From: Gaiellales bacterium
Lineage (GTDB): Bacteria; Actinomycetota; Thermoleophilia; BMS3ABIN01
Direction: 5' to 3'
Assembly: GCA_003599855.1 (NCBI GenBank)
Contig: QZKG01000029.1
Location: forward strand, 12,078 to 76,077
Length of the DNA: 64,000 bases
Shown here: positions 18,190 to 26,645 of the stretch, piece by piece
Layout: the number at the start of each line of letters is the position of its first letter
How positions within the stretch are numbered: the stretch's first letter is position 1
The notes under the pieces: model-generated
What the model was told of the DNA's origin: nothing
Database searches by the model: none
What the model saw: only the letters and a program-made list of their open reading frames with translations
Translations under genes and position numbers: made by a program

Positions 18190-18353
18190 GGGACCTCGAT
18201 CAGGCTTCGCTCCAGGCGTAGCGCGGTGTTCCCGCGGCGAACGCTCGCCTTGCTGTCTCAGGCCTGCAATGCCCCTGGGCGCGACACTTTGCGCGAAAAC
18301 CATAGATCCTTCGTCGCTTCGCTCCCGGGATGACAGGGAATGACTCGAACATA

Positions 18354-18426
18354 GGCAGGCAGGGTGATTTTCCGGAGCCTGCCGGAGGAAAATGCACCCT
18401 GTCCGGCATTCACGGCGTCGGGGATT
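18354..18426. repeat. copy 1 of a duplicated ~73-nt structured element
   Basis: GGCAGGCAGGGTGATTTTCCGGAGCCTGCCGGAGGAAAATGCACCCTGTCCGGCATTCACGGCGTCgGGGAT. Recurs 105 nt downstream with one mismatch. Confidence 0.9.
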
Positions 18427-18458
18427 GGAATCAGGCAAATCCAGCGGGACCGCAACCG

Positions 18459-18531
18459 GGCAGGCAGGGTGATTTTCCGGAGCCTGCCGGAGGAAAATGC
18501 ACCCTGTCCGGCATTCACGGCGTCAGGGATA
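18459..18531. repeat. copy 2 of the duplicated ~73-nt structured element
   Basis: Same 73 nt as 18354-18426 except G->A at 18525. Confidence 0.9.
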
Positions 18532-18630
18532 GCTGACTGGAATAGAGGACAACGTCCAGTCGTGCAGATGACAAGTGCCCGGCGGGTTTGCCCCGGCCCC
18601 ACTCCTCTGCTATCATCCCCTCGACCGAAC

Positions 18631-18682
18631 AGGCGATGAGGCTCGCCTTCAACCGCCCCCGCGGGGGCTGATGGCTTCTACA
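18631..18682 (+). promoter_or_regulatory. fluoride riboswitch (crcB motif RNA)
   Basis: AGGCGAUGAGGCUCGCCUUCAACCGCCCCCGCGGGGGCUGAUGGCUUCUACA matches the crcB-motif consensus GGCGAUGG.GUUCGCC..AAC-stem-CU.AUGA..CCUAC. It lies directly upstream of crcB. Confidence 0.85.
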
Positions 18683-18709
18683 GACGAAAATCTGTGGATG
18701 CCTTTTTTT
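18673..18709 (+). terminator. riboswitch expression-platform intrinsic terminator
   Basis: 12-bp stem GGCUUCUACAGA / UCUGUGGAUGCC (one mismatch) followed by U7. The 5' arm overlaps the 3' pseudoknot strand of the aptamer. Confidence 0.8.
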
Positions 18710-18731
18710 ATGGCTGTTTGCAGGTGATTCC

Positions 18732-19106
18732 ATGACCAACATCCTCGTCATCGGCATCGGCGGCGCCGCCGGCGCCGTCAGCCGCTACGCCGTGGCCCTC
18801 TGGGTAGGCGGGCGCTGGGGCCGGAGCTTCCCCCTGGGCACCCTGGCGGTGAACGTCAGCGGCTGTTTCCTCATCGGCCTCCTCATGACATTGCTGGCGG
18901 AAAAATATATGGTTAGCCCGGAGTGGCGCTCGTTCCTGGTAGTCGGGTTCCTCGGGGCTTATACCACCTTCTCGACTTTCGAGTACGAGACAGGCGGGCT
19001 CATCCGGGACGGCGAGCTCCTCTGGGCGGGACTGAACATCATCTTCAGCGTCACCCTCGGCTTCGCCGCCCTGAAGCTGGGCGAATTTCTGGCGAAGGCG
19101 CTGTAG
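18732..19106 (+). CDS. crcB: fluoride ion channel CrcB/FluC
   Basis: 124 aa, 4 TM. GGAAGAVSRY and GAYTTFSTF family motifs. Riboswitch lies upstream. Confidence 0.95.
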   Translation: MTNILVIGIGGAAGAVSRYAVALWVGGRWGRSFPLGTLAVNVSGCFLIGLLMTLLAEKYMVSPEWRSFLVVGFLGAYTTFSTFEYETGGLIRDGELLWAGLNIIFSVTLGFAALKLGEFLAKAL

Positions 19107-19129
19107 CGCGGCAGGGGAGGGAGCAGCAG

Positions 19130-19459
19130 ATGCATGTCGGCGAGACAGTCAGCAAACTGAATATCTACGTGGACGAGCAGGACAAGCACCATCATAAACC
19201 CGTGTACGAGGCCGTGCTCGACATTCTTCGGGAGCACAAGGTCGCCGGGGCGAGCGTCTTCCGGGGAGTGGGGGGCTTCGGCGCCGACGGCGTGGTCCAC
19301 TCCGCCAAGATCCTCGAGCTCTCCACCGACCTGCCGGTGAAGATAGAGGTCGTCGACGCCAGGGAGAAGATCGAGGCCATCCTGCCGGAGCTCTGCAGTG
19401 TCGTCGAGAAGGGCATCATCACCATGAGTGACGCCACGGTCATCAAGTGCCAGGCGTGA
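19130..19459 (+). CDS. DUF190 domain protein (commonly linked to crcB)
   Basis: Internal ATG 19130 after GGGGAGGGAG. 109 aa with GASVFRGVGGFG motif. Confidence 0.85.
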   Translation: MHVGETVSKLNIYVDEQDKHHHKPVYEAVLDILREHKVAGASVFRGVGGFGADGVVHSAKILELSTDLPVKIEVVDAREKIEAILPELCSVVEKGIITMSDATVIKCQA

Positions 19460-19517
19460 CTCCGTCGATCCTGAAGCCATTCGTGAACCGCCGCCTGAAA
19501 GGCCTGCCCCCAAACTG

Positions 19518-20222
19518 ATGAAGGTACTCGTCCTCTCAGACATCCACGGCAACATCGACGCCCTCGAGGCCATCGACGAGCCCTGTGACCGCATCCTCTT
19601 CCTGGGCGACGTGGTGGACTACGGGCCGGAGCCCGCCGCCTGCATAGAGTACCTGGCAGAAAACAACGCCCTCAGGGTGCGCGGCAACCACGACAACGCC
19701 GTGGCCTTCCGGGTGGACTGCGCCTGCGGCGAGGCCTTCAAACATCTTTCCGTAATCACCCGGGAGTTCATGTGGCAGGTCCTGGGACCGGCGCAGCTGG
19801 AATGGGTCGGACGCCCAGCCACCAGCCTCGAGCTGCTGCAGGGGGGCAAGAGCATCTACGCCACGCACGCCGCACCCACGGACAACCTCTTCAAATACCT
19901 GACCCCGGACACACCCGACGACGAGCTGGCCCGGGAAGCCGAGGCCACCAGCGCCGACATCATCCTCACAGGGCATACCCACAAACCCTTTGCCCGCGAG
20001 GTGAGTGGCAGGCTGGTGGTGAACGTCGGCAGCGTGGGGCAGCCGCGGGACGGCATCCCCCGGGCAAGCTACGCCGTCATCGAGGACGGGCAGGTGGAGC
20101 TCAGGCGGATCGACTACGACGTGGAACGGGCCGTCAGCCGCGTGTTGGGGATGCCCATCGACCAGGAAGCCGCCCGCCAGCTGGCCTTCATCCTCGAACA
20201 CGCGCAAGCGCCGCCGCTCTGA
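19518..20222 (+). CDS. metallophosphoesterase (YfcE-like)
   Basis: Internal ATG 19518. MKVLVLSDIHGN, GDVVDYG, GNHD and GHTH motifs. Confidence 0.9.
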   Translation: MKVLVLSDIHGNIDALEAIDEPCDRILFLGDVVDYGPEPAACIEYLAENNALRVRGNHDNAVAFRVDCACGEAFKHLSVITREFMWQVLGPAQLEWVGRPATSLELLQGGKSIYATHAAPTDNLFKYLTPDTPDDELAREAEATSADIILTGHTHKPFAREVSGRLVVNVGSVGQPRDGIPRASYAVIEDGQVELRRIDYDVERAVSRVLGMPIDQEAARQLAFILEHAQAPPL

Positions 20223-20242
20223 AAGAAGGTGCGCCGCGCTCC

Positions 20243-21928
20243 CTAGCGCCGGCGGTAGAGCTTCAGCATCATGAGCGGGAAGTCATGGGCCTCCACCGCC
20301 TCCCACCCCGGCGCGAGCGCCTCCTCCACCACTTTCGCCGAAGAGAACTGGCCCGGGACGTCCTTGCCCTGCAGCAGCCAGACGCGCTGATAGCGGGAGA
20401 GGTCGCGCTCCAGCCGCTCGCGCAGCTCCTCCCCCTTGAGCGCTTCCATCACCTTGCGTTCGTGGTAGCCCTCGATGTAGCCGTCGAGGTAGCCACTCCA
20501 GCGGTCACCGCCCCCGGGGAAGAAAGCGACGTCGAGCCGCTTCGGGTCCATGAAGCCGCCGACGACATCGATGTTGTCCATCAGGTAGAAGTCGGCGGCC
20601 ACGACGCCGATGTGCTCGGGAAAGCACATCAGCACGTCCCCTTCCCGCCGGCCAGCGTCCACTACCGCCATGATGCCGCGGAAATCCTCGTTGTGCCGGA
20701 TGCCTGTCTCGTAGACCGTGGTCAGGGTCAATCCGGCGATGATGCAGGCTCCGGCGATGGCCCCCACGCGGCGGGGAGCCCTCGCTACCACCACAGCCAT
20801 GACGATGAAGACCGCCGGCGCCGCCCAGGCATAGTATCTCCCGGTAGTTTCGAGGCTCCTGAGCATGAGTAGCGCCACCGGGCCCGCCACCATGATCAGT
20901 CCGAAGAGCGCCAGGGCCACCATGCGCCTGTCAGCAAAGAGCCTTCGGACGCGGCCGCTGAAGAAGGTGGCGGCCAGGGCCAGGGCCCAGAGGGCCAGCA
21001 GGACCGCCTTCAGCTTGCCCAGCAGCGGCACTGCCGCCTGGGAGCCCATCCGGTGATCGGCATAACCCATCAGGAGCACCAGGGGAGCCCGCACCATGCC
21101 GAAATACAGCCGCTCCAGCGTCGCGAAGGACAGGGGGTTGGCGGGCTGCATGTCGCCGAAGTAACGGCTGCTTGCGAGGATAAGCGCGGCCAGCGCCCCC
21201 CAGAGGAAGGCCTGGCTGTAGAGCATCGGCCGCCGGCTGTCGCCTGCCTTTCTGGCAAGGACGACGAACAGGACGGCCTCGGCGGCGAGCAGGATCTCCG
21301 AAGAGAAGTGCGAGTAGACGGCCACAAGGGTCACGGCGGTGTACGCCGCCCAGTTCTTCCAGCCGCCCCGCAGGCAGCTCCGGCCCAGCAGGTAGAGGGA
21401 TGCCAGCGACAGGGCGATCACCCAGGAGTAGGAGGTGGCGTCACGCGAGTACCATACCAGCAGCGGGGAGCAGGCGGCAAAGGCCGCCGCCCAGAGCCCC
21501 GTCCGCCTGGTGAAGAATTCCCGCGCCGTCAGGAATGTGAGCAGTACGGTGACGACGCCGATCAGGGCGGAAGGCAGGCGTGCCCAGAACTCGTTCTGGT
21601 CGATGCTGCCCCAGAAGACGCCGGCTATGTTGAACAGCGGCGGGTGCTCCGACGCCAGTATTTCGGGTATAAGCCTGTCGAGGGGCAGCTTGCGCGCCCA
21701 GACGACGTAGAGTTCGTCGTACCAGAGCCCCTCGTAGCTCAGCCAGGCGAGGCGCAGCAGCGCCGCCCACCCCAGGATCAGGGCGAGGATGAGCCAGGTG
21801 AGGTGCTTCTGCTGAAGCTTCCCGCTTCCGCTTCTGGTGGCGCTGCTGTCCATTTCAGAAACGATGATACCATGCCCGGCGGGGACTTCCCTCGCCCATA
21901 GCAGCGCCTCCATGGCTGCCCCTCGCAC
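20243..21928 (-). CDS. GT-C fold membrane glycosyltransferase (PMT_2/ArnT-like), paralogue 1
   Basis: About 11 TM helices. LWYDELYVVWARKLPL...SEHPPLFN first-loop DE motif. Soluble C-terminal domain of about 150 aa. Closest to paralogue 4 (shared SPLLVWYSRDATSYSWVI). Start uncertain (21913 or 21928). Confidence 0.85.
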   Translation of the reverse strand: MRGAAMEALLWAREVPAGHGIIVSEMDSSATRSGSGKLQQKHLTWLILALILGWAALLRLAWLSYEGLWYDELYVVWARKLPLDRLIPEILASEHPPLFNIAGVFWGSIDQNEFWARLPSALIGVVTVLLTFLTAREFFTRRTGLWAAAFAACSPLLVWYSRDATSYSWVIALSLASLYLLGRSCLRGGWKNWAAYTAVTLVAVYSHFSSEILLAAEAVLFVVLARKAGDSRRPMLYSQAFLWGALAALILASSRYFGDMQPANPLSFATLERLYFGMVRAPLVLLMGYADHRMGSQAAVPLLGKLKAVLLALWALALAATFFSGRVRRLFADRRMVALALFGLIMVAGPVALLMLRSLETTGRYYAWAAPAVFIVMAVVVARAPRRVGAIAGACIIAGLTLTTVYETGIRHNEDFRGIMAVVDAGRREGDVLMCFPEHIGVVAADFYLMDNIDVVGGFMDPKRLDVAFFPGGGDRWSGYLDGYIEGYHERKVMEALKGEELRERLERDLSRYQRVWLLQGKDVPGQFSSAKVVEEALAPGWEAVEAHDFPLMMLKLYRRR

Positions 21929-22032
21929 GGGGCGCCAGCCCCACTGGAGCGGGTCGCAGGCCCCGCGCGTTTTGCATGGCGGGACAATACGGTTATATTA
22001 ATGGCTGAACCCGAACCATGGGAGCGCTTGTC

Positions 22033-22323
22033 ATGACCGCTGAAAACAGCAAACAGGGTCAGGCCGGAGAAGAGGCCCGCCCTATCGCCGTCCAGGTGCA
22101 GGCCGGCTACAAGCAGGGTGAGCAACCGCGGGCTTTCGAGCTCGACGGCAAACGTTTCACCGTCCTTTCCATCAGGAAACAGTGGAAGGAAGAATCTGAC
22201 GAGGGGCGGCGCGGCAAGGTGTTCTTCCGGGTACACACCCACGAGGGTCGCAGCCACGACATCGCCCGGGACGAGAACACCGGCGAGTGGACCCTGGAGC
22301 CTTTCGCCAGCGGCCGTGGCTGA
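22033..22323 (+). CDS. small hypothetical protein translationally coupled to the galT-like gene
   Basis: 96 aa from ATG 22033 (GGGAG 8 nt upstream). Its stop overlaps the galT GTG (GTGGCTGA). Family not recognised with confidence. Confidence 0.5.
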   Translation: MTAENSKQGQAGEEARPIAVQVQAGYKQGEQPRAFELDGKRFTVLSIRKQWKEESDEGRRGKVFFRVHTHEGRSHDIARDENTGEWTLEPFASGRG

Positions 22324-23317
22324 GCAGGGGCCACAGCCGGAACTCAGGCGAAACCCGATAACCGGTGAGTGGGTCATCATCGCCGCCGGCAGGGGCAGGC
22401 GTCCCCACGCGCCTGACCGGATGCCGCAAAAGGACCAGCCGGACCATGAGTGCCCCTTCTGTCCCGGCCGGGAGGACCAGACCCCCCCTGAGGTCTGCGC
22501 TTTCCGCGACTCCGACGAGTCCGACTGCCCCGGCTGGAGCGCGCGCACCATTCCCAACCGCTTCCCCATCCTCGTGAGCGACGCTCCCGGCGCCGGGGCC
22601 GGCGCCGCTTACTCCCCTGATCGCCAGCCGGCCCTGGGGGCCAGCGAGGTCATCATCGACACGCCAGTGCACGACAAGCCGCCCTGGGAAGTTGGGCTCG
22701 ACCAGACGGTCGAGATGCTGAAGATGTACCAGGAGCGGATCGTGGCGCTCAGGGAGGAGAAACGGACGACCTACGTCCATATCATCCGCAACCACCTTGC
22801 CGGGGCAGCCTCATCTCTGGAACACCCCCACTCACAGCTGTTCGGCCTGCCGTTCATCCCGCCGACGGTCGACGCCGAGCTGGACGGCTTCGCCAGGGCG
22901 AGCCTGGGCTTGCCCGGCTGCGTCATGTGCGACATGGTGGAGCGGGAGGAAGAGGCTACTGAGCGTGTGGTGGCTGCCAACGACGGGTTCATCGCCTTCT
23001 GTCCCTTCGCCTCGCGCCTGCCTTACGAGACCTGGATAGTGCCCCGCCGGCACCAGGTCCGCTTCGAGGACTGCGCCGAGCTGGAGTCGTTCGCCGGTAT
23101 CATCATCCAGGTGATGCGCGGCCTCAAAGATGGGCTGGACAACCCCCCGTTCAACTACTGGATCCATACCTATCCCCTCCGCGGCGAGACGCGCCCCTAT
23201 CACTGGCACCTGGAGATCCTGCCGCGCCTCACCGTCCCGGGCGGGCTGGAGCTGGGCGCCGACGTCTGGGTAAACATAGTCGCACCGGAAGAGGCGGCGG
23301 CCAGGCTGGGCGCCTAG
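22316..23317 (+). CDS. galT: galactose-1-phosphate uridylyltransferase-like (HIT superfamily)
   Basis: ELRRNPITGEWVIIAAGRGRRP N-terminus, CPFCPG zinc motif, HPHSQL active-site motif. GTG 22316 chosen because family members start just before ELR.NP.TGEW. Confidence 0.85.
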   Translation: MAEQGPQPELRRNPITGEWVIIAAGRGRRPHAPDRMPQKDQPDHECPFCPGREDQTPPEVCAFRDSDESDCPGWSARTIPNRFPILVSDAPGAGAGAAYSPDRQPALGASEVIIDTPVHDKPPWEVGLDQTVEMLKMYQERIVALREEKRTTYVHIIRNHLAGAASSLEHPHSQLFGLPFIPPTVDAELDGFARASLGLPGCVMCDMVEREEEATERVVAANDGFIAFCPFASRLPYETWIVPRRHQVRFEDCAELESFAGIIIQVMRGLKDGLDNPPFNYWIHTYPLRGETRPYHWHLEILPRLTVPGGLELGADVWVNIVAPEEAAARLGA

Positions 23318-23355
23318 ACCGGGGGGCGGCTCGCGGCCGGGCAGGGCCTGGCGCC

Positions 23356-24921
23356 CTATCCCGGATGTCGCTGGAACAGCTTCAACACCAGCGGCCCCTC
23401 GAACTCCCAGCTGCTGATATTCTCCCATTCCTCCCCGAGGGCCTCATCCACGACGTCGCTGCGGGGGAAATACCTCTCCTCACCGTTGCCGGCGATTATC
23501 CACAGGCGGCTGGCTCCCGGCAGCTGCCTGTCCAGAAACCGCCGCAATTCCTCTCCCGACAATGGATCGTTGATCTCGTCCTCCAGGTAGCCTTCCCACT
23601 TGTCGCCAGGAGGCCCGGGGAACATCACCTCGCCGGCCTCCTCGTCCACTATCCATCCACCCAGGACCTCCACCGGCTCAGGGCTGTAGTTGGCCATGGC
23701 CACCACGAAGTGATGCGCCGGGAAGGCCATGAGGATGTCGCCCTCCCGGTAGTTCTCACTCACAGTCTCGACCACGGCACGGTAGTCCCAGACCCTGGTC
23801 GTCACCACAGGGTAGGTCAGCCAGCCGCTGACGATCAGCAGCGCCACACTGGCCATGAGCGCGATCCGCCGGCCAAGCAGGGCTATCGGGGCGGCCAGCA
23901 ACAGCAGGAGCTCCGGGGCGGCCACCAGATAATAACGGCTGGAGAGATCGGCCACGTAGACCGGCTGGGTGGCAAGGACGACCACCGTGTTCAAAAGGAC
24001 AGCGGTCAGCACGCAGGCGGCGAGCGCTGCCGACTGCCTCGCCGCCAGCAGCTCCCTCGTCCTGGCTGATGCCAGTATCAGCCCCACCGCGACCACACAC
24101 AGGACCAGGAAGGGCGCCCAGAGTTCGCCTGTCGGGATATGGTTGGAGTCCGTCAGCATCAACAGCGGCGCGCGGCCCAATGCGGCGGCGATATCGGAGA
24201 CCCACGAATGCCCGATGGGGTCCACCTGCTGCTGCGCCCCGCGGATATACAGCAACCAGACAGCCGCCAGCAGCGCCAGGAAGCTCTGACTGATAAGCCA
24301 TTGCCTGAGCCGCCGGCGCGGCCCGCGGTCGAAGAGCAGGTAGAAGACCGCTTCCGCCACAATGAAGGTCAGCGCCAGATGATGGCTCGTGATGGCGACC
24401 ACGCTGGCCGCCACGAACACCCCCCACCAGAGCGCCCTGCCGCGCCTGACCCCCAGAACGAGGAAATACAGCGAGGCGGTGGCTGCAGCTATCATCAGCG
24501 CCATGTCCGTGCCTTCGCTGGCGTATCGCACCAGGGGCGGTGAGAGCGCGGCGAGCGCCGCCGCCCAGAGCCCCGTCCGCCGCGAGTAGAGCTCGCGTCC
24601 CAGGCGGTAGACCAGCCAGACCGTCGCCAGTCCCGCCACAAGGGATATGGATCTCAGGCGCAGCTCCCCCGCCCCGGGGGTGAACCAGAAATGCCCCAGC
24701 AGGTAATAGAGGGGAGGGTGGCCGGAGGGAGGGACTTCCGCCATCAGCTCACCCAGCGAGAGGCGGCTGGCCCAGACGGTGTAAAGCTCATCGTACCAGA
24801 GGCTGTTATTGACGGCACGCACCAGCCTTATGGCCGCCGCTGCGGCCATGATCGCTGACAGGAAGAAAAAAGCCGCGCGGTCGTTCGGCCGCGCGGCGCC
24901 CGATCGGTGGCTGGTTCCCAA
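23356..24921 (-). CDS. GT-C fold membrane glycosyltransferase, paralogue 2
   Basis: LWYDELYTVWASRLSL...SGHPPLYYLLGHFWF. Same TM plus C-terminal domain layout as the other three. Confidence 0.85.
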   Translation of the reverse strand: MGTSHRSGAARPNDRAAFFFLSAIMAAAAAIRLVRAVNNSLWYDELYTVWASRLSLGELMAEVPPSGHPPLYYLLGHFWFTPGAGELRLRSISLVAGLATVWLVYRLGRELYSRRTGLWAAALAALSPPLVRYASEGTDMALMIAAATASLYFLVLGVRRGRALWWGVFVAASVVAITSHHLALTFIVAEAVFYLLFDRGPRRRLRQWLISQSFLALLAAVWLLYIRGAQQQVDPIGHSWVSDIAAALGRAPLLMLTDSNHIPTGELWAPFLVLCVVAVGLILASARTRELLAARQSAALAACVLTAVLLNTVVVLATQPVYVADLSSRYYLVAAPELLLLLAAPIALLGRRIALMASVALLIVSGWLTYPVVTTRVWDYRAVVETVSENYREGDILMAFPAHHFVVAMANYSPEPVEVLGGWIVDEEAGEVMFPGPPGDKWEGYLEDEINDPLSGEELRRFLDRQLPGASRLWIIAGNGEERYFPRSDVVDEALGEEWENISSWEFEGPLVLKLFQRHPG

Positions 24922-25016
24922 GGAGTCTGTCCCCCTGATGGCTTCCTGGCACGATTATCGCATTTTTATCAGCCCCTGGCCATTTAGTCCGCCGGGCCGC
25001 CGTGGCCATTTGTCAA

Positions 25017-26645
25017 TCAGTCGTTTTTTGGCACATAAAGGGTCAGCGCGTAGGAAGCGTCGAAATCCCAGCTGCCGGACACGCGCCAGCGCTTCCCGAG
25101 CGCCGCGTAGATCATGCTGCTGTCGATCACCCCCCTCCCGCTCTCGCTTCCCTCGAGCAGCCAGAGTCGCTTTGCCCCAGCTGCCTCTGCTGACAGCTTG
25201 TCTTCCAGCCCGGCGCCCGCATACAGCTTCCTCTCGCTGGATAGAACGTCCCGGTAGCCTTCCCAGGTCCCGCGCGTCGAGCCGTCGAACATGACCGAAC
25301 CCGGCTCTTCGACGATGATGTACCCACCCGAGACAGGGGGCGCTTCCTCCAAATAGTAGGCAACCGCGACATAACAATGGTTGACAGGAAAGCAGAGCAG
25401 CTTGTCGCCGGGCTGCATTTCCCTCGATACCGTCGCCATGGCAGGGGCAAACCCGTCCCCGCGCTCGGCTGTGCGCGCCTCGAACAGAATGAGCGAGAAA
25501 GCAACGACAGCGGCCACGCCTGCAAACCTGAGCGGCGGCGGGGCTGCTGCCAGCAAGGCCGCCAGGAGCAGGGCGAGCAACGGCGCGGCGACCACCAAAT
25601 ACCGCTCTGACACCGAGTCGATGCCGGGTTCGGACAAGGTCAGCGCCAGGACCACCGTCCCAACAGTGACTATCAGGAACGCGGCCGACAGGGCAAGCCA
25701 CGCGCGCCCGGCCAGGACGCGCCGGACGCCCCCGGCGGCGGCCAACCCGGCCAGGACCGCCAGCAGGGCAGCCGTCTTCCACCAGAGACCTGAATCATCG
25801 ATGCCGGTATCGGAGAACAGCATCAACAGAATCGCCCGCGCCGCCTCTTCAGCAAGCTCGGCAAGTCTGGGGTTGTGGGGCCCCATTGTGGCGACCGGCG
25901 TTCCCCGGTTAACCAGCAGCCAGCCGGCCTGAAGCAGTGCCACCGGGACCAGGCTGACCAGCCAGACTGCGAGCCGCGGGCTCCCCGCCCGCCGCGCCAG
26001 CAGGAAGAAGACCCCCTCTGCCGCCAGCAATAACAGACCCAGGTTGTGAGAGAAAACGGCCGCCGCAATGAACAAGGTATAGCCGACCCAGTCCCGCCTT
26101 CCACCCCGCCGGATGCCCCGGGCCAGAAAGTAGAAAGACGCCAGGGCCGCCGCCCCGAAGAAGGAATAATCGGTCACGTTGGCCGAGTAGAGGATGAGCA
26201 GGGGGGAGCAGGCCACGAACAGGGCAGCGCACAGCCCCGCCCGTCGCGAGAAGAGCTCCTTCCCCAGCAGATAGGCGAGGGGAACCGACAGGACGCCCGC
26301 AGCCCAGGATACCAGCCCGGCCCAGGCATAGCCCGCCCCCGGATAGAACCAGTAGTGTCCGATCAGGTAATAGAGGGGAGGGTGCCCCGAGGCATAGACC
26401 TCCTGGGGGAGGACATCAAGGGGGAGCCGGGCAGCCCATAACGTGTAGAGCTCGTCGTAGACCGGTTCGCCCCATAAGAGCGACAGCAGGCGCAGTGCGG
26501 CTCCTGACATGATGACGACGGCCAGCAGGAAGGGGTACGAGGACAAGGGGCCGGGCGCCCGCTTCCCGTGGGTTTTCCCTGAATCAGCCTCCACAAGCCG
26601 GGATTCTACCACAGCCTGCGTGACATGGCCCCGCTGCTTCGGCAC
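25017..26645 (-). CDS. GT-C fold membrane glycosyltransferase, paralogue 3
   Basis: PVYDELYTLWAARLPL...SGHPPLYYLIGHYWF. GTG start directly abuts the stop of paralogue 4 (TGAGTG). Confidence 0.85.
   Translation of the reverse strand: MPKQRGHVTQAVVESRLVEADSGKTHGKRAPGPLSSYPFLLAVVIMSGAALRLLSLLWGEPVYDELYTLWAARLPLDVLPQEVYASGHPPLYYLIGHYWFYPGAGYAWAGLVSWAAGVLSVPLAYLLGKELFSRRAGLCAALFVACSPLLILYSANVTDYSFFGAAALASFYFLARGIRRGGRRDWVGYTLFIAAAVFSHNLGLLLLAAEGVFFLLARRAGSPRLAVWLVSLVPVALLQAGWLLVNRGTPVATMGPHNPRLAELAEEAARAILLMLFSDTGIDDSGLWWKTAALLAVLAGLAAAGGVRRVLAGRAWLALSAAFLIVTVGTVVLALTLSEPGIDSVSERYLVVAAPLLALLLAALLAAAPPPLRFAGVAAVVAFSLILFEARTAERGDGFAPAMATVSREMQPGDKLLCFPVNHCYVAVAYYLEEAPPVSGGYIIVEEPGSVMFDGSTRGTWEGYRDVLSSERKLYAGAGLEDKLSAEAAGAKRLWLLEGSESGRGVIDSSMIYAALGKRWRVSGSWDFDASYALTLYVPKND

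Noticed and set aside
16921-18438. 505-aa minus-strand ORF
   Set aside because: Antisense to the spermidine-synthase-like gene, and it runs into the repeat-containing spacer. No motifs.
18354-18531. Possible mini-CRISPR array (two direct repeats with a ~32-nt spacer)
   Set aside because: The repeat unit (73 nt) is far longer than CRISPR repeats. There are only two copies, no cas genes in the window, and no leader-like AT-rich flank.
18258-18602. 114-aa minus-strand ORF with an internally repeated peptide (DAVNAGQGAFSSGRLRKITLPA twice)
   Set aside because: The peptide repeat is just the translation of the duplicated 73-nt element. There is no start context or SD, and it lies in an intergenic spacer.
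22118-22315. N-terminal 66-codon extension of the galT ORF in the track
   Set aside because: It overlaps the small upstream ORF in another frame. GalT-family proteins begin just before ELR.NP.TGEW, so GTG 22316 was preferred.
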